Under the pieces are notes generated by a model. It made no database searches and was not told the origin of the DNA. It saw only the letters and a program-made list of their open reading frames with translations. A program made the translations under genes and the position numbers. Positions 1 to 18,000 of a stretch of DNA of 64,000 bases are shown piece after piece. The stretch's first letter is position 1. Every line of letters starts with the position of its first letter. Source of the stretch: Eledone cirrhosa (Eukaryota); contig OZ024740.1 of the NCBI GenBank assembly GCA_964016885.1, positions 106,640,001-106,704,000 on the forward strand. Reading direction: 5' to 3'.

Positions 1-2
1 CA

Positions 3-3000
3 TCTCCATATATTACCTATATCACATCTCCATATATTACCTATATCACATCTCCATATATTACCTATATCACACCTCCATATATTACCTATATAACACC
101 TCCATATATTACCTATATCACATCTCCATATATTACCTATATCACATCTCCATATATTACCTATATCACACCTCCATATATTACCTATATCACACCTCCA
201 TATATTATCTATATCACATCTCCATATATTACCTGTATCACATCTCCATATATTACCTATATCACACCTCCATATATTACCTATATCACATCTCCATATA
301 TTACCTATATCACATCTCCATATATGACCTATATCACACCTCCATATATTACCTATATCACATCTCCATATATTACCTATATCACATCTCCATATATGAC
401 CTATATCACACCTCCATATATTACCTATATCACATCTCCTTATATTACCTATATCATACCTCCATATATTACCTATATCACACCTCCATATATTACCTAT
501 ATCACATCTCCATATATTACCTATATCACACCTCCATATATTACCTATATCACACCTCCATATATTACCTATATCATACCTCCATATATTTCCTATATCA
601 CACCTCCATATATTACCTATATCACATCGCCATATAATATCTATATCACACCTCCATATATTACCTATATCACATCTCCATATATTACCTATATCACATC
701 TCCATATATTACCTATATCACACCTCCATATATTACCTATATCACATCCCCATATATTACTTATATCACACCTCCATATATTACCTATATCACATCTCCA
801 TATATTACCAATATCACACCTCCATATATTACCTATATCATACCTCCATATATTACCTATATCACACCTCCATATATTACCTATATCACACCTCCATATA
901 TTACCTATATCACACCTCCATATATTACCTATATCATACCTCCATGTATTCCGTATATCACACCTCCATATATTACCTATATCACATCTCCATATATTAC
1001 CTATATCACATCTCCATATATATCATATATCACACCTCCATATATTATCTATATCACAACTCCATATATTACCTATATCATACCTCCATGTATTACCTAT
1101 AAAACACCTCCATATATTACCTATATCACATCTCCATATATTACCTATATCACATCGCCATATATTATCTATATCACACCTCCATATATTACCTATATCA
1201 TACCTCCATATATTTCCTATATCACACCTCCATATATTACCTATATCACATCGCCATATATTATCTATATCACACCTCCATATATTACCTATATCACATC
1301 TCCATATATTACCTATATCACATCTCCATATATTACCTATATCACACCTCCATATATTACCTATATCACATCCCCATATATTACTTATATCACACCTCCA
1401 TATATTACCTATATCACATCTCCATATATTACCAATATCACACCTCCATATATTACCTATATCATACCTCCATATATTACCTATATCACACCGCCATATA
1501 TTACCTATATCACACCTCCATATATTACCTATATCACACCTCCATATATTACCTATATCATACCTCCATGTATTCCCTATATCACACCTCCATATATTAC
1601 CTATATCACACCTCCATATATTACCTATATCACATCTACATATATATCATATATCACACCTCCATATATTATCTATATCACAACTCCATATATTACCTAT
1701 ATCATACCTCCATGTATTACATATAAAAAACCTCCATATATTACCTATATCACATCTCCATATATTACCTATATCACACCTCCATATATTACCTATATCA
1801 CACCTCCATATATTATCTATATCACATCTCCATATATTACCTGTATCACATCTCCATATATTACTTATATCACACCTCCATATATTACCTATATCACATC
1901 TCCATATATTACCTATATCACATCTCCATATATGACCTATATCACACCTCCATATATTACCTATATCACATCTCCATATATTACCTATATCACATCTCCA
2001 TATATGACCTATATCACACCTCCATATATTACCTATATCACATCTCCTTATATTACCTATATCATACCTCCATATATTACCTATATCACACCTCCATATA
2101 TTACCTATATCACATCTCCATATATTACCTATATCACACCTCCATATATTACCTATATCACACCTCCATATATTACCTATATCATACCTCCATATATTTC
2201 CTATATCACACCTCCATATATTACCTATATCACATCGCCATATATTATCTATATCACACCTCCATATATTACCTATATCACATCTCCATATATTACCTAT
2301 ATCACATCTCCATATATTACCTATATCACACCTCCATATATTACCTATATCACATCTCCATATATTACCTATATCACATCTCCATATATGACCTATATCA
2401 CACCTCCATATATTACCTATATCACATCTCCATATATTACCTATATCACATCTCCATATATGACCTATATCACACCTCCATATATTACCTATATCACATC
2501 TCCTTATATTACCTATATCATACCTCCATATATTACCTATATCACACCTCCATATATTACCTATATCACATCTCCATATATTACCTATATCACACCTCCA
2601 TATATTACCTATATCACACCTCCATATATTACCTATATCATACCTCCATATATTTCCTATATCACACCTCCATATATTACCTATATCACATCGCCATATA
2701 TTATCTATATCACACCTCCATATATTACCTATATCACATCTCCATATATTACCTATATCACATCTCCATATATTACCTATATCACACCTCCATATATTAC
2801 CTATATCACATCCCCATATATTACTTATATCACACCTCCATATATTACCTATATCACATCTCCATATATTACCAATATCACACCTCCATATATTACCTAT
2901 ATCATACCTCCATATATTACCTATATCACACCTCCATATATTACCTATATCACACCTCCATATATTACCTATATCACACCTCCATATATTACCTATATCA

Positions 3001-6000
3001 TACCTCCATGTATTCCCTATATCACACCTCCATATATTACCTATATCACATCTCCATATATTACCTATATCACATCTCCATATATATCATATATCACACC
3101 TCCATATATTATCTATATCACAACTCCATATATTACCTATATCACATCTCCATATATTACTTATATCACACCTCCATATATTACCTATATCACACCTCCA
3201 TATATTATCTATATCACACCTCCATATATTACCTATATCACATCTCCATATATTACCTATATCACACCTCCATATATTATCTATATCACAACTCCATATA
3301 TTACCTATATCATACCTCCATGTATTACCTATATCACACCTCCATATATTACCTATATCACATCTCCATATATTACCTATATCACACCTCCATATATTAT
3401 CTATATCACAACTCCATATATTACCTATATCATACCTCCATGTATTACCTATATCACACCTCCATATATTACCTATATCACATCTCCATATATTACCTAT
3501 ATCACACCTCCATATATTACCTATATCACACCTCCATATATTACCTATATCACATCTCCATATATTACCTATATCACATCTCCATATATTACCTATATCA
3601 CATCTCCATATATGACCTATATCACACCTCCACATATTACCTATATCACATCTCCATATATTACCTATATCACATCTCCATATATTACATATATCATACC
3701 TCCATATATTACCTATATCACACCTCCATATATTACCTATATCACATCTCCATATATTACCTATATCACATCTCCATATATTACCTATATCACACCTCCA
3801 TATATTACCTATATCACAACTCCATATATTATCTATATCACACCTCCATATATTACCTATATAACACCTCCATATATTACCTATATCACATCTCCATATA
3901 TTACCTATATCACATCTCCATATATTACCTATATCACACCTCCATATATTACCTATATCACACCTCCATATATTACCTATATCACATCTCCATATATATC
4001 ATATATCACACCTCCATATATTATCTATATCACAACTCCATATATTACCTATATCATACCTCCATGTATTACCTATAAAACACCTCCATATATTACCTAT
4101 ATCACATCTCCATATATTACCTATATCACACCTCCATATATTACCTATATCACACCTCCATATATTATCTATATCACATCTCCATATATTACCTGTATCA
4201 CATCTCCATATATTACCTATATCACACCTCCATATATTACCTATATCACATCTCCATATATTACCTATATCACATCTCCATATATGACCTATATCACACC
4301 TCCATATATTACCTATATCACATCTCCATATATTACCTATATCACATCTCCATATATGACCTATATCACACCTCCATATATTACCTATATCACATCTCCT
4401 TATATTACCTATATCATACCTCCATATATTACCTATATCACACCTCCATATATTACCTATATCACATCTCCATATATTACCTATATCACACCTCCATATA
4501 TTACCTATATCACACCTCCATATATTACCTATATCATACCTCCATATATTTCCTATATCACACCTCCATATATTACCTATATCACATCGCCATATATTAT
4601 CTATATCACACCTCCATATATTACCTATATCACATCTCCATATATTACCTATATCACATCTCCATATATTACCTATATCACACCTCCATATATTACCTAT
4701 ATCACATCCCCATATATTACTTATATCACACCTCCATATATTACCTATATCACATCTCCATATATTACCAATATCACACCTCCATATATTACCTATATCA
4801 TACCTCCATATATTACCTATATCACACCTCCATATATTACCTATATCACACCTCCATATATTACCTATATCACATCTCCTTATATTACCTATATCATACC
4901 TCCATATATTACCTATATCACACCTCCATATATTATCTATATCACATCTCCATATATTACCTATATCACACCTCCATATATTACCTATATCACACCTCCA
5001 TATATTACCTATATCATACCTCCATATATTTCCTATATCACACCTCCATATATTACCTATATCACATCGCCATATATTATCTATATCACACCTCCATATA
5101 TTACCTATATCACATCTCCATATATTACCTATATCACATCTCCATATATTACCTATATCACACCTCCATATATTACCTATATCACATCCCCATATATTAC
5201 TTATATCACACCTCCATATATTACCTATATCACACCTCCATATATTACCTATATCACACCTCCATATATTACCTATATCATACCTCCATGTATTCCCTAT
5301 ATCACACCTCCATATATTACCTATATCACATCTCCATATATTACCTATATCACACCTCCATATATTACCTATATCACACCTCCATATATTATCTATATCA
5401 CACCTCCATATATTACCTATATCACATCTCCATATATTACCTATATCACACCTCCATATATTACCTATATCACACCTCCATATATTATCTATATCACACC
5501 TCCATATATTACCTATATCACATCTCCATATATTACCTATATCACACCTCCATATATTACCTATATCATACCTCCATATATTACCTATATCACACCTCCA
5601 TGTATTACCTATATCACACCTCCATATATTACCTATATCATACCTCCATGTATTACCTATATCATACCTCCATATATTGCCTATATCACATCTCCATATA
5701 TTACCTATATCACACCTCCATATATTACCTATATCACACCTCCATATATTATCTATATCACACCTCCATATATTACCTATATCACATCTCCATATATTAC
5801 CTATATCACACCTCCATATATTACCTATATCACACCTCCATATATTATTTATATCACACCTCCATATATTACCTATATCACATCTCCATATATTACCTAT
5901 ATCACACCTCCATATATTACCTATATCATACCTCCATATATTACCTATATCACACCTCCATATATTACCTATATCACACCTCCATATATTACCTATATCA

Positions 6001-9000
6001 CACCTCCATATATTACCTATATCATACCTCCATGTATTACCTATATCACACCTCCATATATTGCCTATATCACATCTCCATATATTACCTATATCACACC
6101 TCCATATATTACCTATATCACACCTCCATATATTATCTATATCACACCTCCATATATTACCTATATCACATCTCCATATATTGCCTATATCACACCTCCA
6201 TATATTACCTATATCACACCTCCATATATTATCTATATCACACCTCCATATATTACCTATATCACATCTCCATATATTACCTATATCACACCTCCATATA
6301 TTACCTATATCACACCTCCATATATTATCTATATCACACCTCCATATATTACCTATATCACATCTCCATATATTACCTATATCACACCTCCATATATTAC
6401 CTATATCATACCTCCATATATTACCTATATCACACCTCCATATATTACCTATATCACACCTCCATATGTTACCTATATCATACCTCCATATATTACCTAT
6501 ATCACACCTTCATATATTACCTATATCACACCTCCATATATTACCTGTATCACATCTCCATATATTACCTACATCACACCTCCATACATTACCTATATCA
6601 CATCTCCATATATTACCTATATCACACCTCCATATATTACCTATATCACATCTCCATATATTACCTATATCACATCTCCATATATGACCTATATCACACC
6701 TCCATATATTACCTATATCACATCTCCATATATTACCTATATCACATCTCCATATATGACCTATATCACACCTCCATATATTACCTATATCACATCTCCT
6801 TATATTACCTATATCATACCTCCATATATTACCTATATCACACCTCCATATATTACCTATATCACATCTCCATATATTACCTATATCACACCTCCATATA
6901 TTACCTATATCACACCTCCATATATTACCTATATCATACCTCCATATATTTCCTATATCACACCTCCATATATTACCTATATCACATCGCCATATATTAT
7001 CTATATCACACCTCCATATATTACCTATATCACATCTCCATATATTACCTATATCACATCTCCATATATTACCTATATCACACCTCCATATATTACCTAT
7101 ATCACATCCCCATATATTACTTATATCACACCTCCATATATTACCTATATCACATCTCCATATATTACCAATATCACACCTCCATATATTACCTATATCA
7201 TACCTCCATATATTACCTATATCACACCTCCATATATTACCTATATCACACCTCCATATATTACCTATATCACACCTCCATATATTACCTATATCATACC
7301 TCCATGTATTCCGTATATCACACCTCCATATATTACCTATATCACATCTCCATATATTACCTATATCACATCTCCATATATATCATATATCACACCTCCA
7401 TATATTATCTATATCACAACTCCATATATTACCTATATCATACCTCCATGTATTACCTATAAAACACCTCCATATATTACCTATATCACATCTCCATATA
7501 TTACCTATATCACATCGCCATATATTATCTATATCACACCTCCATATATTACCTATATCATACCTCCATATATTTCCTATATCACACCTCCATATATTAC
7601 CTATATCACATCGCCATATATTATCTATATCACACCTCCATATATTACCTATATCACATCTCCATATATTACCTATATCACATCTCCATATATTACCTAT
7701 ATCACACCTCCATATATTACCTATATCACATCCCCATATATTACTTATATCACACCTCCATATATTACCTATATCACATCTCCATATATTACCAATATCA
7801 CACCTCCATATATTACCTATATCATACCTCCATGTATTCCCTATATCACACCTCCATATATTACCTATATCACACCTCCATATATTACCTATATCACATC
7901 TCCATATATATCATATATCACACCTCCATATATTATCTATATCACAACTCCATATATTACCTATATCATACCTCCATGTATTACATATAAAAAACCTCCA
8001 TATATTACCTATATCACATCTCCATATATTACCTATATCACACCTCCATATATTACCTATATCACACCTCCATATATTATCTATATCACATCTCCATATA
8101 TTACCTATATCACACCTCCATATATTACCTATATCACATCTCCATATATTACCTATATCACACCTCCATATATTACCTATATCACACCTCCATATATTAC
8201 CTATATCATACCTCCATATATTTCCTATATCACACCTCCATATATTACCTATATCACATCGCCATATATTATCTATATCACACCTCCATATATTACCTAT
8301 ATCACATCTCCATATATTACCTATATCACATCTCCATATATTACCTATATCACACCTCCATATATTACCTATATCACATCCCCATATATTACTTATATCA
8401 CACCTCCATATATTACCTATATCACATCTCCATATATTACCAATATCACACCTCCATATATTACCTATATCATACCTCCATATATTACCTATATCACACC
8501 TCCATATATTACCTATATCACACCTCCATATATTACCTATATCACACCTCCATATATTACCTATATCATACCTCCATGTATTCCCTATATCACACCTCCA
8601 TATATTACCTATATCACATCTCCATATATTACCTATATCACATCTCCATATATATCATATATCACACCTCCATATATTATCTATATCACAACTCCATATA
8701 TTACCTATATCACATCTCCATATATTACTTATATCACACCTCCATATATTACCTATATCACACCTCCATATATTATCTATATCACACCTCCATATATTAC
8801 CTATATCACATCTCCATATATTACCTATATCACACCTCCATATATTATCTATATCACAACTCCATATATTACCTATATCATACCTCCATGTATTACCTAT
8901 ATCACACCTCCATATATTACCTATATCACATCTCCATATATTACCTATATCACACCTCCATATATTATCTATATCACAACTCCATATATTACCTATATCA

Positions 9001-12000
9001 TACCTCCATGTATTACCTATATCACACCTCCATATATTACCTATATCACATCTCCATATATTACCTATATCACACCTCCATATATTACCTATATCACACC
9101 TCCATATATTACCTATATCACATCTCCATATATTACCTATATCACATCTCCATATATTACCTATATCACATCTCCATATATGACCTATATCACACCTCCA
9201 CATATTACCTATATCACATCTCCATATATTACCTATATCACATCTCCATATATTACATATATCATACCTCCATATATTACCTATATCACACCTCCATATA
9301 TTACCTATATAACATCTCCATATATTACCTATATCACATCTCCATATATTACCTATATCACACCTCCATATATTACCTATATCACAACTCCATATATTAT
9401 CTATATCACACCTCCATATATTACCTATATAACACCTCCATATATTACCTATATCACATCTCCATATATTACCTATATCACATCTCCATATATTACCTAT
9501 ATCACACCTCCATATATTACCTATATCACACCTCCATATATTACCTATATCACATCTCCATATATATCATATATCACACCTCCATATATTATCTATATCA
9601 CAACTCCATATATTACCTATATCATACCTCCATGTATTACCTATAAAACACCTCCATATATTACCTATATCACATCTCCATATATTACCTATATCACACC
9701 TCCATATATTACCTATATCACACCTCCATATATTATCTATATCACATCTCCATATATTACCTGTATCACATCTCCATATATTACCTATATCACACCTCCA
9801 TATATTACCTATATCACATCTCCATATATTACCTATATCACATCTCCATATATGACCTATATCACACCTCCATATATTACCTATATCACATCTCCATATA
9901 TTACCTATATCACATCTCCATATATGACCTATATCACACCTCCATATATTACCTATATCACATCTCCTTATATTACCTATATCATACCTCCATATATTAC
10001 CTATATCACACCTCCATATATTACCTATATCACATCTCCATATATTACCTATATCACACCTCCATATATTACCTATATCACACCTCCATATATTACCTAT
10101 ATCATACCTCCATATATTTCCTATATCACACCTCCATATATTACCTATATCACATCGCCATATATTATCTATATCACACCTCCATATATTACCTATATCA
10201 CATCTCCATATATTACCTATATCACATCTCCATATATTACCTATATCACACCTCCATATATTACCTATATCACATCCCCATATATTACTTATATCACACC
10301 TCCATATATTACCTATATCACATCTCCATATATTACCAATATCACACCTCCATATATTACCTATATCATACCTCCATATATTACCTATATCACACCTCCA
10401 TATATTACCTATATCACACCTCCATATATTACCTATATCACACCTCCATATATTACCTATATCATACCTCCATGTATTCCGTATATCACACCTCCATATA
10501 TTACCTATATCACATCTCCATATATTACCTATATCACATCTCCATATATATCATATATCACACCTCCATATATTATCTATATCACAACTCCATATATTAC
10601 CTATATCATACCTCCATGTATTACCTATAAAACACCTCCATATATTACCTATATCACATCTCCATATATTACCTATATCACATCGCCATATATTATCTAT
10701 ATCCCACCTCCATATATTACCTATATCATACCTCCATATATTTCCTATATCACACCTCCATATATTACCTATATCACATCGCCATATATTATCTATATCA
10801 CACCTCCATATATTACATATATCACATCTCCATATATTACCTATATCACATCTCCATATATTACCTATATCACACCTCCATATATTACCTATATCACATC
10901 CCCATATATTACTTATATCACACCTCCATATATTACCTATATCACATCTCCATATATTACCAATATCACACCTCCATATATTACCTATATCATACCTCCA
11001 TATATTACCTATATCACACCTCCATATATTACCTATATCACACCTCCATATATTACCTATATCACACCTCCATATATTACCTATATCATACCTCCATGTA
11101 TTCCCTATATCACACCTCCATATATTACCTATATCACACCTCCATATATTACCTATATCACATCTCCATATATATCATATATCACACCTCCATATATTAT
11201 CTATATCACAACTCCATATATTACCTATATCATACCTCCATGTATTACCTATAAAACACCTCCATATATTACCTATATCACATCTCCATATATTACCTAT
11301 ATCACACCTCCATATATTACCTATATCACACCTCCATATATTATCTATATCACATCTCCATATATTACCTGTATCACATCTCCATATATTACTTATATCA
11401 CACCTCCATATATTACCTATATCACATCTCCATATATTACCTATATCACATCTCCATATATGACCTATATCACACCTCCATATATTACCTATATCACATC
11501 TCCATATATTACCTATATCACATCTCCATATATGACCTATATCACACCTCCATATATTACCTATATCACATCTCCTTATATTACCTATATCATACCTCCA
11601 TATATTACCTATATCACACCTCCATATATTACCTATATCACATCTCCATATATTACCTATATCACACCTCCATATATTACCTATATCACACCTCCATATA
11701 TTACCTATATCATACCTCCATATATTTCCTATATCACAGCTCCATATATTACCTATATCACATCGCCATATATTATCTATATCACACCTTCATATATTAC
11801 CTATATCACATCTCCATATATTACCTATATCACATCTCCATATATTACCTATATCACACCTCCATATATTACCTATATCACATCCCCATATATTACTTAT
11901 ATCACACCTCCATATATTACCTATATCACATCTCCATATATTACCAATATCACACCTCCATATATTACCTATATCATACCTCCATATATTACCTATATCA

Positions 12001-15000
12001 CACCTCCATATATTACCTATATCACACCTCCATATATTACCTATATCACACCTCCATATATTACCTATATCATACCTCCATGTATTCCCTATATCACACC
12101 TCCATATATTACCTATATCACATCTCCATATATTACCTATATCACACCTCCATATATTACCTATATCACACCTCCATATATTATCTATATCACACCTCCA
12201 TATATTACCTATATCATATCTCCATATATTACCTATATCACACCTCCATATATTACATATATCACACCTCCATATATTACCTATATCACACCTCCATATA
12301 TTACCTATATCACATCTCCATATATTACCTATATCACACCTCCATATATTACCTATATCACATCTCCATATATTACCTATATCACATCTCCATATATTAC
12401 CTATATCATACCTCCATATATTACCTATATCACATCTCCATATATTACCTATATCACATCTCCATATATTACCTATATCACATCTCCATATATTACCTAT
12501 ATCACACCTCCATATATTACCTATATCACACCTCCATATATTATCTATATCACACCTCCATATATTACCTATATCACATTTCCATATATTACCTATATCA
12601 CACCTCCATATATTACCTATATCATACCTCCATATATTACCTATATCACACCTCCATATATTACCTATATCACACCTCCATATATTACCTATATCACACC
12701 TCCATATATTACCTATACCATACCTCCATGTATTACCTATATCACACCTCCATATACTACCTATATCACATCTCCATATATTACCTATATCACACCTCCA
12801 TATATTACCTATATCACACCTCCATATATTATCTATATCACACCTCCATATATTACCTATATCACATCTCCATATATTGCCTATATCACACCTCCATATA
12901 TTACCTATATCACACCTCCATATATTATCTATATCACACCTCCATATATTACCTATATCACATCTCCATATATTACCTATATCACACCTCCATATATTAC
13001 CTATATCATACCTCCATATAATACCTGTATCATACCTCCATATATTACCTATATCACACCTCCATATATTACCAATATCACACCTCCATATATTACCTAT
13101 ATCATACCTCGATATATTACCTATATCACACCTTCATATATTACCTATATCACACCTCCATATATTACCTATATCACATCTCCATATATTACCTATATCA
13201 CACCTCCATACATTACCTATATCACATCTCCATATATTACCTATATCACACCTCCATATATTACCTATATCTCACCTCCATATATTATCTATATCACACC
13301 TCCATATATTACCTATATCACATCTCCATATATTACCTATATTACACCTCCATATATTACCTATATCACACCTCCATATATTATCTATATCACACCTCCA
13401 TATATTATCTATATCACATCTCTATATATTACCTATATCACACCTCCATATATTACCTATATCACACCTCCATATATTACCTATATCACACCTCCATATA
13501 TTACCTATATCACATCTCCATATATTACCTATATCACACCTCCATATATTACCTATATCACACCTCCATATATTATCTATATCACACCTCCATATATTAC
13601 CTATATCACATCTCCATATATTACCTATATCTCACCTCCATATATTACCTACATCACACCTCCATATATTATCTATATCACACCTCCATATATTACCTAT
13701 ATCACATCTCCATATATTACTTATATCACACCTCCATATATTACCTATATCACACCTCCATATATATCCTATATAATACCTCCATATATTACCTATATCA
13801 CACCTCCATATATTACCTATATCACATCTCCATATATTACCTATATCATACCTCCATATATTATCTATATCACAACTCCATATATTACCTATATCATACC
13901 TCCATGTATTACCTATATCACACCTCCATATATTACCTATATCACATCTCCATATATTACCTATATCACACCTCCATATATTACCTATATCACACCTCCA
14001 TATATTACCTATATCACATCTCCATATATTACCTATATCACATCTCCATATATTACCTATATCACATCTCCATATATGACCTATATCACACCTCCATATA
14101 TTACCTACATCACATCTCCATATATTACCTATATCACATCTCCATATATTACCTATATCATACCTCCATATATTACCTATATCACATCTCCATATATTAC
14201 CTATATCACATCTCCATATATTACCTATATTACATCTCCATATATTACCTATATCACACCTCCATATATTACCTATATCACACCTCCATATATTACCTAT
14301 ATTACATCTCCATATATTACCTATATCACATCTCCATATATTACCTATATCACACCTCCATATATTACCTATATCACACCTCCATATATTACCTATATCA
14401 CATCTCCATATATATCATATATCACACCTCCATATATTATCTATATCACAACTCCATATATTACCTATATCACACCTCCATATATTACCTATATCACATC
14501 TCCTTATATTACCTATATCATACCTCCATATATTACCTATATCACACCTCCATATATTATCTATATCACATCTCCATATATTACCTATATCACACCTCCA
14601 TATATTACCTATATCACACCTCCATATATTACCTATATCATACCTCCATATATTTCCTATATCACACCTCCATATATTACCTATATCACATCGCCATATA
14701 TTATCTATATCACACCTCCATATATTACCTATATCACATCTCCATATATTACCTATATCACATCTCCATATATTACCTATATCACACCTCCATATATTAC
14801 CTATATCACATCCCCATATATTACTTATATCACACCTCCATATATTACCTATATCACACCTCCATATATTACCTATATCACACCTCCATATATTACCTAT
14901 ATCATACCTCCATGTATTCCCTATATCACACCTCCATATATTACCTATATCACATCTCCATATATTACCTATATCACACCTCCATATATTACCTATATCA

Positions 15001-18000
15001 CACCTCCATATATTATCTATATCACACCTCCATATATTACCTATATCACATCTCCATATATTACCTATATCACACCTCCATATATTACCTATATCACACC
15101 TCCATATATTATCTATATCACACCTCCATATATTACCTATATCACATCTCCATATATTACCTATATCACACCTCCATATATTACCTATATCATACCTCCA
15201 TATATTACCTATATCACACCTCCATGTATTACCTATATCACACCTCCATATATTACCTATATCATACCTCCATGTATTACCTATATCATACCTCCATATA
15301 TTGCCTATATCACATCTCCATATATTACCTATATCACACCTCCATATATTACCTATATCACACCTCCATATATTATCTATATCACACCTCCATATATTAC
15401 CTATATCACATCTCCATATATTACCTATATCACACCTCCATATATTACCTATATCACACCTCCATATATTATTTATATCACACCTCCATATATTACCTAT
15501 ATCACATCTCCATATATTACCTATATCACACCTCCATATATTACCTATATCATACCTCCATATATTACCTATATCACACCTCCATATATTACCTATATCA
15601 CACCTCCATATATTACCTATATCACACCTCCATATATTACCTATATCATACCTCCATGTATTACCTATATCACACCTCCATATATTGCCTATATCACATC
15701 TCCATATATTACCTATATCACACCTCCATATATTACCTATATCACACCTCCATATATTATCTATATCACACCTCCATATATTACCTATATCACATCTCCA
15801 TATATTGCCTATATCACACCTCCATATATTACCTATATCACACCTCCATATATTATCTATATCACACCTCCATATATTACCTATATCACATCTCCATATA
15901 TTACCTATATCACACCTCCATATATTACCTATATCACACCTCCATATATTATCTATATCACACCTCCATATATTACCTATATCACATCTCCATATATTAC
16001 CTATATCACACCTCCATATATTACCTATATCATACCTCCATATATTACCTATATCACACCTCCATATATTACCTATATCACACCTCCATATGTTACCTAT
16101 ATCATACCTCCATATATTACCTATATCACACCTTCATATATTACCTATATCACACCTCCATATATTACCTGTATCACATCTCCATATATTACCTACATCA
16201 CACCTCCATACATTACCTATATCACATCTCCATATATTACCTATATCACACCTCCATATATTACCTATATCTCACCTCCATATATTATCTATATCACACC
16301 TCCATATATTACCTATATCACATCTCCATATATTACCTATATCACACCTCCATATATTACCTATATCACACCTCCATATATTATCTATATCACATCTCTA
16401 TATATTACCTATATCACACCTCCATATATTACCTATATCACACCTCCATATATTACCTATATCATACCTCCATATAATACCTGTATCATACCTCCATATA
16501 TTACCTATATCACACCTCCATATATTACCTATATCACACCTCCATATATTATCTATATCATACCTCGATATATTACCTATATCACACCTTCATATATTAC
16601 CTATATCACACCTCCATATATTACCTATATCACATCTCCATATATTACCTATATCACACCTCCATACATTACCTATATCACATCTCCATATATTACCTAT
16701 ATCACACCTCCATATATTACCTATATCTCACCTCCATATATTATCTATATCACACCTCCATATATTACCTATATCACATCTCCATATATTACCTATATCA
16801 CACCTCCATATATTACCTATATCACACCTCCATATATTATCTATATACACACCTCCATTATATTATCTATATCACATCTCATATATATTACCTATATCAC
16901 ACCTCCATATATTACCTATATCACACCTCCATATATTACCTATATCACACCTCCATATATTACCTATATCACACCTCCATATATTACCTAATATCACACC
17001 TCCATATATTATCTATATCACACCTCCATATATTACCTATATCACATCTCCATATATTACCTATTATCTCACCTCCATATATTACCTATATCACACCTCC
17101 ATATATTATCTATATCACACCTCCATATATTACCTATATCACATCTCCATATATTACTTATATCACACCTCCATATATTACCTATATCACACCTCCATAT
17201 ATATCCTATATAATACCTCCATGTATTACCTATATCACACCTCCATATATTACCTATATCACATCTCCATATATTACCTATATCACATCTCCATATATTA
17301 CCTATATCACATCTCCATATATTACCTATATCACACCTCCATATATTACCTATATCACACCTCCATATATTACCTATATCACATCTCCATATATTGCCTA
17401 TATCACATCTCCATATATTACCTATATCACATCTCCATATATTACCTATATCACATCTCCATATAATTACCTATATCACATCTCCATATATTACCTATAT
17501 CACACCTCCATATATTACCTATATCACACCTCCATATATTACCTATATCACATCTCCATATATTGCCTATATCACATCTCCATATATTACCTATATCACA
17601 CCTCCATATATTACCTACATCACACCTCCATATATTAACCTATATCACATCTCCATATATATCATATATCACACCATCCATAATATTATCTATATCACAA
17701 CTCCATATATTACCTATATCACACCTCCATATATTACCTATATCACATCTCCTTATATTACCTATATCATACCTCCATATATTACCTATATCACACCTCC
17801 ATATATTACCTATATCACATCTCCAAATATTACCTATATCACACCTCCATATATTACCTATATCACACCTCCATATATTACCTATATCATACCTCCATAT
17901 ATTTCCTATATCACACCTCCATATATTACCTATATCACATCGCCATATATTATCTATATCACACACCTCCATATATTACCTATATCACATCTCCATATAT

